A stretch of 64,000 nt of DNA. Source: Octopus sinensis. Taxonomy: Eukaryota. The stretch spans positions 148,986,001 through 149,050,000 of the forward strand of contig NC_042999.1 of assembly GCF_006345805.1 (NCBI RefSeq). Reading direction: 5' to 3'. Within the stretch, counting starts at the first letter, position 1. Every line of letters starts with the position of its first letter. Below, piece after piece: positions 35,801-48,640 of this stretch. The position numbers were made by a program, and so were the translations under genes. Under the pieces are notes generated by a model. It ran no database searches, was not told where the DNA came from, and saw nothing but the letters and a program-made list of their open reading frames with translations.

Positions 35801-36313
35801 AGAGTTGAAATGCTGTTTGATTTTTCTTTTCAGCGTTGAATGTTCACCACCCCACTTCCATTGCACACACACACACACAAAACAAACATTCACATGATTC
35901 CCTTTTACACACCCACACATACTAACACTGAGTTGAAACGCTGTTTGATTTTTCTTTTTTCACTGCAGCACTTCCATCACAACACTACCAAGTTCACCAT
36001 CACCTTCCTTATTCATCTATCACCCCTTCCTTTCTCATTCCTATGATGTGACGGAGAAATACACAAGAGTATTATTATAGTAGATACCTTGGTCTGCTCA
36101 GTGGGTGAAGGCTAAGGAACAAGAGAAACCAAATTTAACATCCTGGAGTTCAGTGTCCAACTACTTAAGTATATTATAAGCTTACTAAGACAGGTTTAGC
36201 ACAGTAGTAAGTTACTAAAGAGACCGTTGTCTATAAAGACTGGTGATGTACCATGCAGTCAGACTATCTTTTAATTTGACATTCTGATATTTATAGGTGT
36301 ATATGCGAGGCTC

Positions 36314-36613
36314 ACCAATGGAGAAGTTCTTATCCGGATCAAGCCAAATCTGTCGCTGGAAGCTAGAATTACCAAGCATAGATTGGCATATTTTGGTCAT
36401 ATTATGCAGAGGAAATCCCTGGAGAAGGACATCATGCTCAGAATGGTCAACAGCAAGAGAGGAAGAGGCTGACCAAGAATCCGCTGGCTTGACACCATTA
36501 AGAGTGACATGGGAATGGCCATAGCCAATCTGAAAGAAGCGACCCAGGAGAGAACTGGCTGGAGAACACTGATTCATCGAGTAACCGAGAGTTGACTTCG
36601 ACTGAGCAGATAA
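36314..36613 (+). mobile_element. BovB-like RTE LINE 3' fragment
   Basis: TNGEVLIRIKPNLSLEARITKHRLAYFGHIMQRKSLEKDIMLRMVNSKRGRG*PRIRWLDTIK...ERTGWRTLIHRVTES*LRLSR*. Confidence 0.75.
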
Positions 36614-37339
36614 GAGAGATATGTGACTGTGGTTAAGAAGCTTGTGTCCCAACCACATAGTTTCAGGTTCAGTCCCACAGCATGGCACCTTGGGCAACTG
36701 TCTTCTGTTATGGTCCCAAAGCCTTGTAAGAGTGGATTTGGCAGAGGGAAACTGCAAGAAGACTGTAATGTGTGCATGTAGGTGTGTATGTATGCAATAA
36801 CACATGTAGATACAAGTGTGTGTGTTTGTTTGGGACTTATTGCATTGACATTGTGTGATTGTTGTAAATAAATGTCTTTCATTTCCAACATTCCGTGAAA
36901 ACATGTCTGGCCATGGAGAAACATCTCCTTGCTTAGAAACAGTTAAGGGTTGTCATCAGGAAAGGCATCCAGTTATAGAAAATCTGCCTCAATAAACTCC
37001 AACTGACCCATGCAAGCATGGAAAAGTGGACGTTAAACACTGATGATGATATTAAATTTCATGAAGAATTATAGCTACAACTTTGTATGCCCTACAAGAT
37101 CAGGAAAAGGATCTTTAGCTATGAATTTCTGAAACTCTCCTACTCTCGTTTACTTGTTCCAGTCATTTGACCATGGCCATGCTGGAGCACCACCTTTTAG
37201 TTGAGCAAATCGACTCCAGGACTTATTCTTTGTAAGCCTAGTACTTATTCTATCAGTCTCTTTCGCCAAACCTCTAAGTTATGGGGACATAAACATACCA
37301 TTGTCAAGCAATGTTGGGGGAACAAACATAGACACACAA

Positions 37340-37396
<57 letters not shown>

Positions 37397-37574
37397 CGTA
37401 TATATATATACAACGGGCTTCTTTCAGTTTCCATCTACCAATCCACTCAAGGCTTTAGTCAGCCTGAGGCTATAGTAGAAAACATTTGCCCAAGGTGCTA
37501 CGCAGTGGGACTAAACCTGGAACCATGTGGTTGGGAAGCAAGCTACTTACCACACAACCACTCCTATGCCTACT

Positions 37575-37720
37575 TATCTCCTGATAAGTTCATCTTCAAA
37601 TGATTTATCGGAGAAAAGAGGTCATGGATTCTTTTAGTTACTTTTGGAAATGGTTGCTAGAACAGGTAGCTCACCTTGTTTGATTGCATCTTGTGCAGGA
37701 TTTCTTTGATATTTCGGGAT
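37575..37720 (-). pseudogene. Decayed partial duplicate of the 5' part of the Lys-rich exon
   Basis: Aligns to about 38970-39105. Reads QRNPAQDAIKQGELPVLATISKSN* with CAA->TAA where the original has Q. Confidence 0.8.
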
Positions 37721-38399
37721 GATTTTAAAGGGATGACTTTACTTGTATGTTAGAAAATGACCCTTAGAAATTCACTCAACAGTCTAACCTAAATAACACA
37801 AATTAGTTTTGGATTGAAAAAGACTTTTAAATAAATTCTTAACCATTTTATTGTTTATCTTGCATCCTTTACTCACTTCAGTCATTGGACTGCAGCCATT
37901 GCTGCTATCACCATTTTGATGGAGATATTTTATACTGAATACACCTGTATTTTCCCTTAATAATAATAATAATAATAATAAAACGTCATTCAACACAAAA
38001 TATCCCTACAAGAATATGGCTCTTTGAAAATAACTTAACGGTCAATGAAACCATTCCAAACAAAGTAAAAAAAAAAATTCAACAGAAGCTTTATTTTTTT
38101 TTTTGCTATCTTAAGAAAATCCAACTGTCATTGCATACAAACAGTAAAACTAAATATATCTCTAAGCAATCTTTGAACTTGTTACATCTATCTGTGTCCT
38201 GTTCTGTTGAGTGTTCTATATTCAAATACCTAGGTTTTTGTGAGAAAGTGAAAGTATGTAAATGAAAATGGATAAACACAAAATGTCAAACAGAATGAGA
38301 AAGAATTTGTTATGAAAAGAACCAATAAATGGATGAATAATACTATAATATCAGCAGAAAATGGTCTTTCAGTGAGAAAGAACTGAAAGACACACATAC

Positions 38400-39123
38400 C
38401 TTTAGTCTTAGCCACAATACATTTATCGGATGGTTTTTGCCCATTGTCCAGTTCACTGGACTTTTTCTTTTTCTGTTTTTTCCCTGTACACTGAGTAGAA
38501 GAAAGTTGTTTATGGTCTAAATTTGAGAACTGTTTTACAGATTGTTCTTCAACTATATACATTTTATCGTCACTGATTTCCAAATCTGTTGCTACACTTT
38601 CACCAATTCCTGAGCATTTTATTATTGCTGTGTCATATAATTCTGTTTCTATACTCAACGGTTTTTTCCTGGATTTTTTAACCCGTCGTCTCCTACGTTT
38701 TTGTTTCAAAGAAGTCTGACTACCTTCCTCGGAATTTTCACATTCACAGCTTTCATTATCAGAGTCACTGCTACCTTTCAGTTCACAAAAGTCATCTTTC
38801 TCTCTAGAAATACTCTTCAATTCGTTTCTTTCTTCAAAGTCTTTTGTAATTGTTTTCTCTGCATCAGAGTTTTTCTGAGTATTTATACTTTTATGAGATC
38901 TAGACTTTTTGTTTTTTCTTTTAGTTTTAATTGCTGATAAATTTTCTCTGACTAATTGAATTTCTGAAACTCTCCTGATAAGTTCTTCTTCAAATGATTT
39001 ATCGGAGAAAAGAGGTTGAGGATTCTTTTGGTTACTTTTGGAAATGGTTGCTAGAACAGGCAGCTCACCTTGTTCGACTGCATCTTGAGCAGGATTTCTT
39101 TCAATTTTACAAGACTCCATCAT
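38400..39123 (-). CDS. DIS3L2: Candidate first coding exon of DIS3L2: 241-aa Lys/Glu/Ser-rich extension
   Basis: Longest non-transposon ORF in the window. Starts ATGATG and ends AAAG|gtatgt (phase 1), compatible with acceptors at 25801 and 19043. Linkage to DIS3L2 is inferred. Confidence 0.65.
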
Positions 39124-41795
39124 AAAAATAATAAAATCTATTTACACTTTATTTCTTTAAAAATGTTATATTTGTCCATTATATTTAGTTAAAAATAAAA
39201 GAAAGAATTTCAAATTCATATGAATTGAAATATATAAATATGGTTAAATTTTCAATATAACTGTTTTTCTAATAATTTTATGAGATTGAGTTAATAGAAA
39301 TTTGAATGAACATTTTAAACTGAATTTAAAAGTTAGGTTAATGTTGAAATAAAAACAAATGTTAGAGATCTTTCATTATAATTTCTGATGTATTTTTTAA
39401 AAAGGATATGTTGATATAAGGCAGATTTTGATTCTTGACACCAAAGGGATGTATATGGCATATAAATTGAGTGCCTTGAGTTGATACGAAAAACAAATCT
39501 GGTAGCCACAGTAGAGTAGACGCAATGCTGACAATGGCGATGATAGAAAATATAACCCAGTCTTATTGTACGGTGACCAAGGATGGCATATATTTGTCTT
39601 TTTTCCTAGATACTTTTCTTCTCAATAATTCCCCAAAAACCTTTCCACTAACAGAGACGATGCCTAGGAATAAAGAAAATATTACAAAATAGTTTCCCAG
39701 GAATAAGAGTATTTACAAAAGTAGCGAGGACAAAAATAGTTTACTTGGAATTTTTGCGAAAGCAGGGAAAAGAGAGAAACTTTAGTAGTTATGAAAGTTT
39801 ATGGACCAGTTAGGACAAATTGTGGAAACTCAGGGAAGGCAAGCAAAAAGACTTGTAGTGAGCAAGTGAGCAATTATAGAAGCATTAAACAAGGCTTGTA
39901 AACAGTTGGTCAGTATTAGATTAAAAAATGAAATTAAACAAAAAAAAAAAAAGAAAAAAGAAAAAGAAAGAAAACTGTCAGTTTATTTGAAATTAAAACA
40001 TGAAATGACTTTTGAGAGCTGATGATAACAGATCATTGTGGTCATGCTGTTACATCGATTGCAATCTGATGAACAGCTTTTCCACAGGTTTTAAACTGCC
40101 ATTGTTATCATCAGTAAGTATTTACATATTAGATACAAAGTTCATATTAGGGGCTCTATATTTAGACATTTTTTGTTTTCATCCATTTTACAATGCTAGT
40201 GCAGATGGGTTCGTTTTTTTTTTTTTTTTCGTTTAATGTCCGCTTTCCATGCTAGCATAAAATATTTAGATATTTTCATATCACCAAAGTAATTGTTTCA
40301 ATGCAGGCACAGTCGATTGGTTATCATATAATTGTTGATGAATAACCAGTTAAGACAATAAATTAATAATGGTATTCATCAGTTAAATTGCCAGTCAGAA
40401 ATATATCACAATCAAATGTTGTAAAGGTAGCAAAATGAAAGGAGGAGGGAATCAGATCAGAAAAAACATGCAAAATTAGGGAAAAATGTGGAAATTCAGG
40501 CTAATAGCATTGAGGTTTTAGGATAGAGAAAATATTGATGAAATATAAGAAAATTACTCCAATGCTGCTTGTAACCCCTATTTGCAATCAAAATGGATAC
40601 CAATATACAGGAAGACGGTAGGATTAAAATATAGAGCAGCATAGCAATCAGATATTTACTTCAGAATTATGGTGCAGCTGTAATATAAGATAGGTTTTGG
40701 ATTATTCAGTCAAACGTAATGCTTGTTTATTCATTGTTTTAGGTTAATTATGCATTACCTCATAGCTTTGAGATTTCAATAAGTGATTGTTCATTTTTAG
40801 AATGACAGTGTAGGGAAGGAGTGAGAAGCTAATTCTGCTGGTTTTAACAGAAAACAGGCAGAATATGGTTGGTTTAAATGCTAATGAGTTAAAGCTTTAG
40901 AGTTAACTTTCATTTTAATTAATGATTTCCTTGAAAAAGTGGGATACGAACATACACAAAAACATAGAGAGAGAGAGAGAGAGAGAGAGAAAAGCAGGGA
41001 GAGGGAGAGCATGGGGGATGGAGGGAGAGGGAGGAAAGAAGAAAGTAATCTTTAACACTAAAATGTAACAAATGGCAGGAATCATTACAAAATCTGTTCA
41101 AGATGTACAAAAAAAAAAAGGGCTGGCTTCCATCAATCAGGATTGATCTTATATATGCACCTGTATGAGGGATTGTCTCTGAGATGAGTGTGTTTAGAAC
41201 CTCTACACAGAGTTTTGTCTATTGCACAATTAATTCCAACATATCAATATTTTTCAACTCAGTTTGACGTATATGAGTCTTTGCCATGTTTGTATTTAGT
41301 ATACAGACAACTGTCCCGAGGGATTTTTATTTTTGTTACCTCAGCCCTATTATTATAATTAGCTACTCTAATTCTGGTGTGACCAGTGGCTAACACTCTA
41401 AAGGTCATAGGTTAAAAGTCCAAGCTAAACAAAGTATGCTAACGAAAACAGCATATTATATTTAGCTTGAAAATGAAGACATAATTTCTGTATATCTTTA
41501 CACAGGAAATGCTTACAGCATATAAAATTCAAAAGAGAAATTACCTCTATTTTATTCTACATTTCTTGACCTTCAGAAATATTTTGTCTGCATAAAGTGA
41601 TTAAACAATTAATATATTTCTGTATATAGTCCAAGGAAGGTGGTTTTTTAAAAAACTTTTATTGTTTCACACAGAATTTTTTTATGGGTTCAGTCCCACT
41701 GTGTGGCACCTTGAGCAAGTGTGTTATACTATAGCCTCGAGCCGACCAAAGCCTTGTGAGTGGATTTGGTAGGCAGAAACTCAAAGAAGCCTGTC

Positions 41796-41833
<38 letters not shown>

Positions 41834-43754
41834 TTGTGTATATGTTTGTGTGTCTGTGTTTGTCCCCCCAACATCGCTTGACAACCGATGCTGGTATGTG
41901 TTTATGTCCCTGTAACTTAGCAGTTCAACAAAAGAGACTAATAGAATAAGTACATGGCTTATAAAGAATAAGTCCTGGGGTTGATTTGCTCGACTAAAGG
42001 CGGTGCTCCAGCATGGCCACAGTCAAATGACTGATACAAGTAAAAGAGTAAGGAGTAAAGAGAGTAGTACAAGTGAGGGAGTTTTTTTCTAATGATTTAG
42101 GACAATTTGAATATTGTTAGAGCAGTTCAGGTGTTACAAAAGAGATATTTAGAGAGAGTAACTGGAAGAGAGAGACAGGTCACAATTGATTTGGAGTTAC
42201 TTTTATTAGATCTATATTATTACATTTCATGGATAATATTATGAAAACAAAGGACAGGGGAAAACTTCTCAATTACACTTGTCTAAACTATGTCAAAAGA
42301 GTAAGGCAGAAATTAAATTCATTATAAATGATGATGATGATGATGATGTTGGTGGTGATGTTTAACATGGTGATGATGATGATGAAATTGAATTTAGAAA
42401 TGTTAAATCTTTTTTCTTTGATGCTAAAATAGAAACTGAAATGATATATGATTGATGCTAAATAGCAAACACATATACAAATAGCAAAAAAAAAAAAAAA
42501 CAAAAACAATAACAAAACTTTGCTAGCTGGTCACTGCAACCTGCTGTGAAATGTGTCCGATGAAATTACCTTAGTATAAAATATCAAAACTGACATATTT
42601 GTCATATCAATGTGATATTGTGAAAATGGCATTCAATGTCAACTTTCATCAAACACTAATTAAAAATAAATTAAATAAACATTTATATAAGTAATAATCA
42701 TCATCATCGTTTAATGCCTGTTTTCTATACTGGCATAGGCTGGATGGTTTGACTGGGGACTGGCAAGCCAGAAGGCTGCACCAGGCTCCAGTCTGATCTG
42801 GCAAGGTTTCTACGGCTGGATGCTCTTCCTAATGCCAACCACTGAAAGTGTAGTGGGTGCATTTTATGTACCACCGGCACAGGAGCCACTCAGGCAGCAC
42901 TGGCATTGGCCATATTCGTCCAATATATTTAACAACATTCTACATTTAGTAACCAAATAAAACAGCTGAGCCAAATTATAATCATAATAAACGAGGATTT
43001 ATATTTTCATAAAAAGCACCATTCAAGCATGGCCGATGCCAGTGCTGTGTAATTAGCACCTGTGCCAGTGGCACATAAAAAGCACCATACAAGCATAGCC
43101 GATACCAGAGCTGCCTGATTGGCAGACATGCCGGTGGCACGTAAAAAGCAGCAGTTGAGCGTGACTGATGCCAGTGCCACCTGACTAGCTCCTGTGCCAA
43201 TGGCATTTAAAAGGCACCCACTACACTCTCAGAATGGTTGCCATCAGGAAGGGCATCCTGCTGTAGAAACCTTGCCATATCAGATTGGAGTGCAGCCCCC
43301 AGGATTACCAGTTCTCAGTCAAACCGTCCAACCCATGCCAGCATGGAAAGCAGACATTAAATGATGATGATGGTGACTTATAGCTATTTTGTAAACTAAA
43401 ATATAAAAAAAAATATTAGCCACACAATCACAGTAAATATACAATGAAAATGTTTTAATTTTCTTAAATTAAACAAGGATGAAAATTGATAAATGTAAAT
43501 GGGTCTTTGTTGGGTTTTAACAATGAGGATTCACTTATTTGGATCAGTGAATGGCTGAGCATTGCATAGACATATGTACTTTGACTCTTTAGCATTCCCT
43601 TTATTCTGTCAAAAGTAATGCTTATGATTCAAATTGTTTTGAATTAATCCTTTTGTTACCATATTTCTGTTGAAATGCTCTGTGTTTCTTTTAATTAAAT
43701 ACAAGAAAGAATTTAGTAAAATAACTTAGTTATCATTAAGCTAGTGTTAGCAAC

Positions 43755-44134
43755 GGAGGCGCAATGGCCCAGTGGTTAGGGCAGCGGACTCGCAGTCATA
43801 GGATCGCGGTTTCGATTCCCAGACCGGGCGTTGTGAATGTTTATTGAGCGAAAACACCTAAAAGCTCCACGAGGCTCCGGCAGGGGATGGTGGTGATCCC
43901 TGCTGTACTCTTTCACCACAACTTTCTCTCACTCTTACTTCCTGTTTCTCTTGTACCTGTATTTCAAGGGGCCGGCCTTGTCACTCTCTATGTCACGCTG
44001 AATATCCCTGAGAACTACGTTAAGGGTGCACGTGTCTGTGGAGTGCTCAGCCACTTACACGTTAATTTCACGAGCAGGCTGTTCCGTTGATTCGGATCAG
44101 CCGGAACCGACAGAGTGCTTCCATCCCCATCCAT
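43755..44134 (+). mobile_element. Young full-length tRNA-derived SINE
   Basis: A box TGGCCCAGTGG, B box GGTTTCGATTCC, (CCAT)n tail, and 13-bp TSD TAGTGTTAGCAAC at 43742-43754 and 44135-44147. Confidence 0.9.
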
Positions 44135-46429
44135 TAGTGTTAGCAACATAAATTGTGACTAAGGTTTGGTGGAAGATTTTAATTCAAAACTTTTGAAAAC
44201 AAGACTACAGAGCCAGAGGTGGTTTCAGCCGGGTTAGTCTCAAAAGGGTTAAGAATTGTTTCTCTATTATACATTTTAACCCTTTTGTTACCATATTTCT
44301 GTTGAGATACTCTGTGTTTCTTTCAATTAATTCTAAACATAACAAAGAATTTAATAAAATAACTTAGTTATCATTAAGCTAGTGTTAGGAACATAAATTG
44401 TGACTAAGGTTTGGTGGAAGATTTTATTTCAGAACTTTTGAAAACAGAGCCAGGTTGGTATCAAAAGGTTTAATCATGCAGTATTTTGCAGCTTTTAAAA
44501 TTTTGATGCAGGAACTGTTTATTTTTAGAATGATATTGTAGGGTTGGTGTGAAAGGTTACATCTGGTCAGTTTGAGTATAAAAAAAGAAGAATATTTTGG
44601 CTGGATATGACTGGCTTAAATGCTAAAGGGTCAAATGTAATTCCTAAGCACAATCACATGACACAGTGTATGAAAAGGCTGTACTTTTTAATGAGGAAAA
44701 GAGAAAGCTGTGCAAGAGGGGCTAGGGTTCCTGTTAATAGTAGGAAAGTAATATCCGATTTTAGAGGATGTGATGGATTTCATTAAATAAGAATAAAAGG
44801 AGACATCAAGAATTCCCATGAATGGTGGGGGAGGGGACCAGAGAAAAATGCCCAATGAAATCATAAAATCACAACAATCCATAGATGCCATGAGTAAAGA
44901 AATAAACAACAGATCAATCAATGCATTACTGTTATTAATATCATTAGAGCAGTGGATTGGGAGAATTGTTAAGGTGCTGAAGAATGCTTTGCAGTGTTTG
45001 TTCCGGTTCCTTACATTCTGAGTTCAAATCTTACCAAGATAAACTTTGCCTGTCATCTTTTAACTTTGATAAATTTGAGTACTAGTCACATGCTAGGATC
45101 GATGTAATTGATTAAGTCCTCCCTTTTCCCTTCAAAATTGCAGGCCTTGTACCAAAATTAGAAACCATTATTATTATTATGTTGAGGGTCGTGGATCCTT
45201 AGCGCATAGGACAAAATGTCTTGAGGTATTTCTTTTGTTCTGAGTTCAAATCCCACCAAGGTTAGCTTTGCCTCTCTTCCTTTCAAGGTGAATAAAATAC
45301 AGTATCAGTCAAGAACAGGAGCCAATGACACTGACTAATTCCACCCCAACAAATTTCAGGCCTTGTGCCTACGATAGAAACAACTGTCAAGGGTGGAGGA
45401 TTTAGCAGAATTGAAAGAGCATTGACAAGAAAAATCATGTGGTATTTGTTCCAACTCTTTACATTCCGAGTTCAAATACTGCTGAGGTGAGCTTTGCCTT
45501 TCATCCCTCCAAGATTAATAAAATAAGGTATCAGTCAAGTTTTAGGTTCGATGGCATCAACTAAGGCCTCCTCACATCCCATCAAAATGGTTGGCCTGTG
45601 CCTAAATCATAAACGGTTTATTCTGAAGAAAGAGAAGTGGTAGCAGATCTAGCAAGATGTCTTTGCATTAGTGTTGTGATGAAATATCACTGGTTGTCAG
45701 ATGACTTTTGAGTATAACAGAAGATCCTCATTAATGAATTAGTCACATATATGTTCTGAGTTCAAATTACACTAGTAATCAACCTTGCACTTCACTGCTT
45801 CAGCTCACTAAAATTAGTACTAAATGTATACTGGTATCAACTTATTAACTATACAGCCTTTCTACAAATTTGTGGCCTTGTGCCAATGTAAGAAATACTT
45901 ATTATGAGGGTTGTGGGTTGGCAGAAATGTTAGAGTGTAACTACAGATATTTATGTTTTGAGTTCAAACTTTACTAAGTTCGACTTTGCCTTCCATCCTT
46001 CTGGGGTTGATAAAATAAAGTGTCAGTCAAATACTAGATTTGATTCCAATTGACTACATCAGCCACCAAAATGTATGGCTTTGTGCCAATGTGAAAAATC
46101 CTCATCATCATCATCACGACATAAGAAAGGTTGTACACCATATTCAGATACTGACATGAAACTGTTTATGTCTTAAAATAAACTAATAACAATGGTAAAA
46201 GTAAAACTTTCCCTAAAGCTAACTAGGAAAGACCAAGATGTCTGGTGATATGAGGTTATTGGAAAGACATGTCCACATCAGTAAAACTGAGTTCTAGAAG
46301 CTTTGTGTTCCACCCACACGTAAGAAAACTTTCCATACTCCCTACCCCAACAAACCAAACTCACATTTCCACTTCATTGAAAGAAAAATGACAACGCTAT
46401 TCAAAAGAAGATTTGTTTTTTTTAGCTTG

Positions 46430-46950
46430 GAGCTGAGAAAACTAATAAGGAGGGTACAGGAGGTGGTTGAAAAAACCAGCTTCTATATATGGCTGAAGCG
46501 AGAAGACCAAAAATGGCTTGAAAAGTCATGACATGCTGGCGGAAAATAACATCACTAGGTGAGACAAGCTGACACTGAATTAGCTTCGCTGAATGACAGG
46601 TGACAGTCGTTCAGAGAATGCGTGGGCTAAGTCTATGAGCCTTCATTGGTCAGTTAAAGTTGAGACAGTGTCACATGACAACGTGCTGGGGCTGCCTGCT
46701 GGAGCCTAGCAGCAGGTATTTAAAGGGAAAAATTTGACAAGTCAGTCAGTCGCCCGTTAACACTCATTGACATTACATCAAAGAGGCCAGGTAACAGAAG
46801 AAAGAAGACATGCACCCAACACCAGAGCTGAAGACACCTCCGAAAAGGGGGGGGCCCTGCCACGTCAAAACGGTAGAGGAGTAGGGGCCAAAACCAGATG
46901 TGGTTCCTCTTGATGATGTCTTGAGCTAACCTAGATTCTATATAGGAGCT
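46430..46950 (+). mobile_element. 3' end of a restriction-like-endonuclease non-LTR element (NeSL/HERO-like)
   Basis: ELRKLIRRVQEVVEKTSFYIWLKREDQKWLEKS* followed by a GC-richer UTR. Confidence 0.5.
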
Positions 46951-47941
46951 GTTGTGGTAGCAGACCACGAAACATGGTTGAAATACCTTCCTGCTTATGT
47001 CCCACTCCCTGATCTTGTCCTCTTGGCCCTATTTCACATATCATTGCTATCTGCTAACTCCCCCCCCCCCGACCTGTGTGTTCCACCCACATGTAACAAG
47101 AAAACTTTTCACACACCCTACCCCAACAAACCAAACTATATATCTACATCTCTTCTCTTCCTCACATTTCCTCCTTCATGCACTATGCACACTTCTCACC
47201 CCTCAATCTGGTCCTCATGGCCCTGCTTCTCTGTATCATTGCTATCCAGTACCTCTCCTCCTCATTCTATATACCCAGGTTCTCACCACTCACTGCATTC
47301 CCCTCCCCACTCTCTTATTTGGCAATGTCCTGCCACTTATGACGTTTGAACCTCAAGAGTATGCCCTGGCACCTGCCACCATCTATATCTCTCTCTGCCT
47401 TTACTTGACCATCCCATTTATATTTTGACCCCTGTCCCTTGTGAGTATGCCCGGCAATTTGCCACTATCTCTATCCTGCTGTCTCCCACTCTTTCTCTCC
47501 TTCTCCTGCTCTTCCCTCAGCTTGGATAACCAAGAATCTCCGTTGGGTAACCATCTCCCTTGTGGCAGCACACCTGTTTCTGTCCTCATTCCTGATCTCT
47601 CTCTGACCAGGTAACCTTGTACCTCCTCTACAACAAGACACCTGTTTCTGTCTATCTGTCTCACTATAACCTTTCATCATCCAACACAAGATCACCTCCT
47701 CCAATGCCCCCTCCCCTCTCAAAAGATTTTTGTCTTGCAAGTTACATGGTGACCCTGTCAGTGCAGGTGACACTTAAAAAGCATCCAGTCGACACTGTAA
47801 AGTGGTTGGCATTTGGAAGGACATCCAGCTGTAAAAACCTTGCCAAAACTATAATAGAAGATACTTGCCAAGGTGCCATGTAGTGGGACTGAACCAGGAC
47901 CCATGTGGTTGGGAAACAAGCTTCTTACTACACAACCACAC

Positions 47942-48020
<79 letters not shown>

Positions 48021-48269
48021 ATCATCATCAGCCAGTATTTTAAATCCAGGTTTTGTCCCTGCTAACAGGGGTGGCTGGATCTACCTCAATGCCATAGCAT
48101 CTGAGGTAGGCAGATGCAGCCCACCCCAACCTTTGGGCTGGCTAGTGCCCATCCTCCTTTGCTATCATGAGGCTTTTTTTGGAGCTGGATTTTCTACAGG
48201 AAGCAGTTTCTAGACATGAGTGGTCCCAAGACCAAGGCCTCAACCACAATTGGGGCTGTTATTTCTGTT

Positions 48270-48640
48270 GGCCACTAACTGTTTCTCTCTCAGTGAAAGG
48301 AAGATTGTATGATGCATGTATACAAACAGCAATTCTACACAGTAATGAAATGTGGGCCCTGAATGCAGAGGGCGTGCAAAGTCTAGAGAGGAATGAGGCT
48401 AGTACGCTCTGCTGGATGTGTAATACAAGTGTACATGTTCGACAGAGTGCTAGTGTTTTGAGAGAGAAGTTAGGCATAAGAGGAATTGGTCGCAAGAGAG
48501 AAGACTGCTGGTTTGGTCATGTGATGCAGATGGATGCCAACGGCTCCATAAAGAGGTGCTGATCTCTCAAAATGGATGGAACATGTGGAAGTGAGAGACC
48601 CAAGAAGACCGAAGGATCGAGATGCCTGGTGCTTTGCCAA
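48270..48640 (+). mobile_element. RTE LINE C-terminal fragment
   Basis: KGRLYDACIQTAILHSNEMWAL...REKLGIRGI...WFGHVMQM. Confidence 0.8.

Noticed and set aside
36215-36904. 229-aa minus-strand ORF
   Set aside because: Runs antisense across a BovB-like fragment and a SINE; a chimeric chance ORF.
40019-40075. Box C/D snoRNA (TGATGA...CTGA)
   Set aside because: Box C lacks the leading purine, the spacing is short, and the boxes are sequestered in a long hairpin; reported as a hairpin instead.
46820-46850. CTGAAGA...GAAA motif in the NeSL/HERO-like UTR
   Set aside because: No stem II or stem III pairing.
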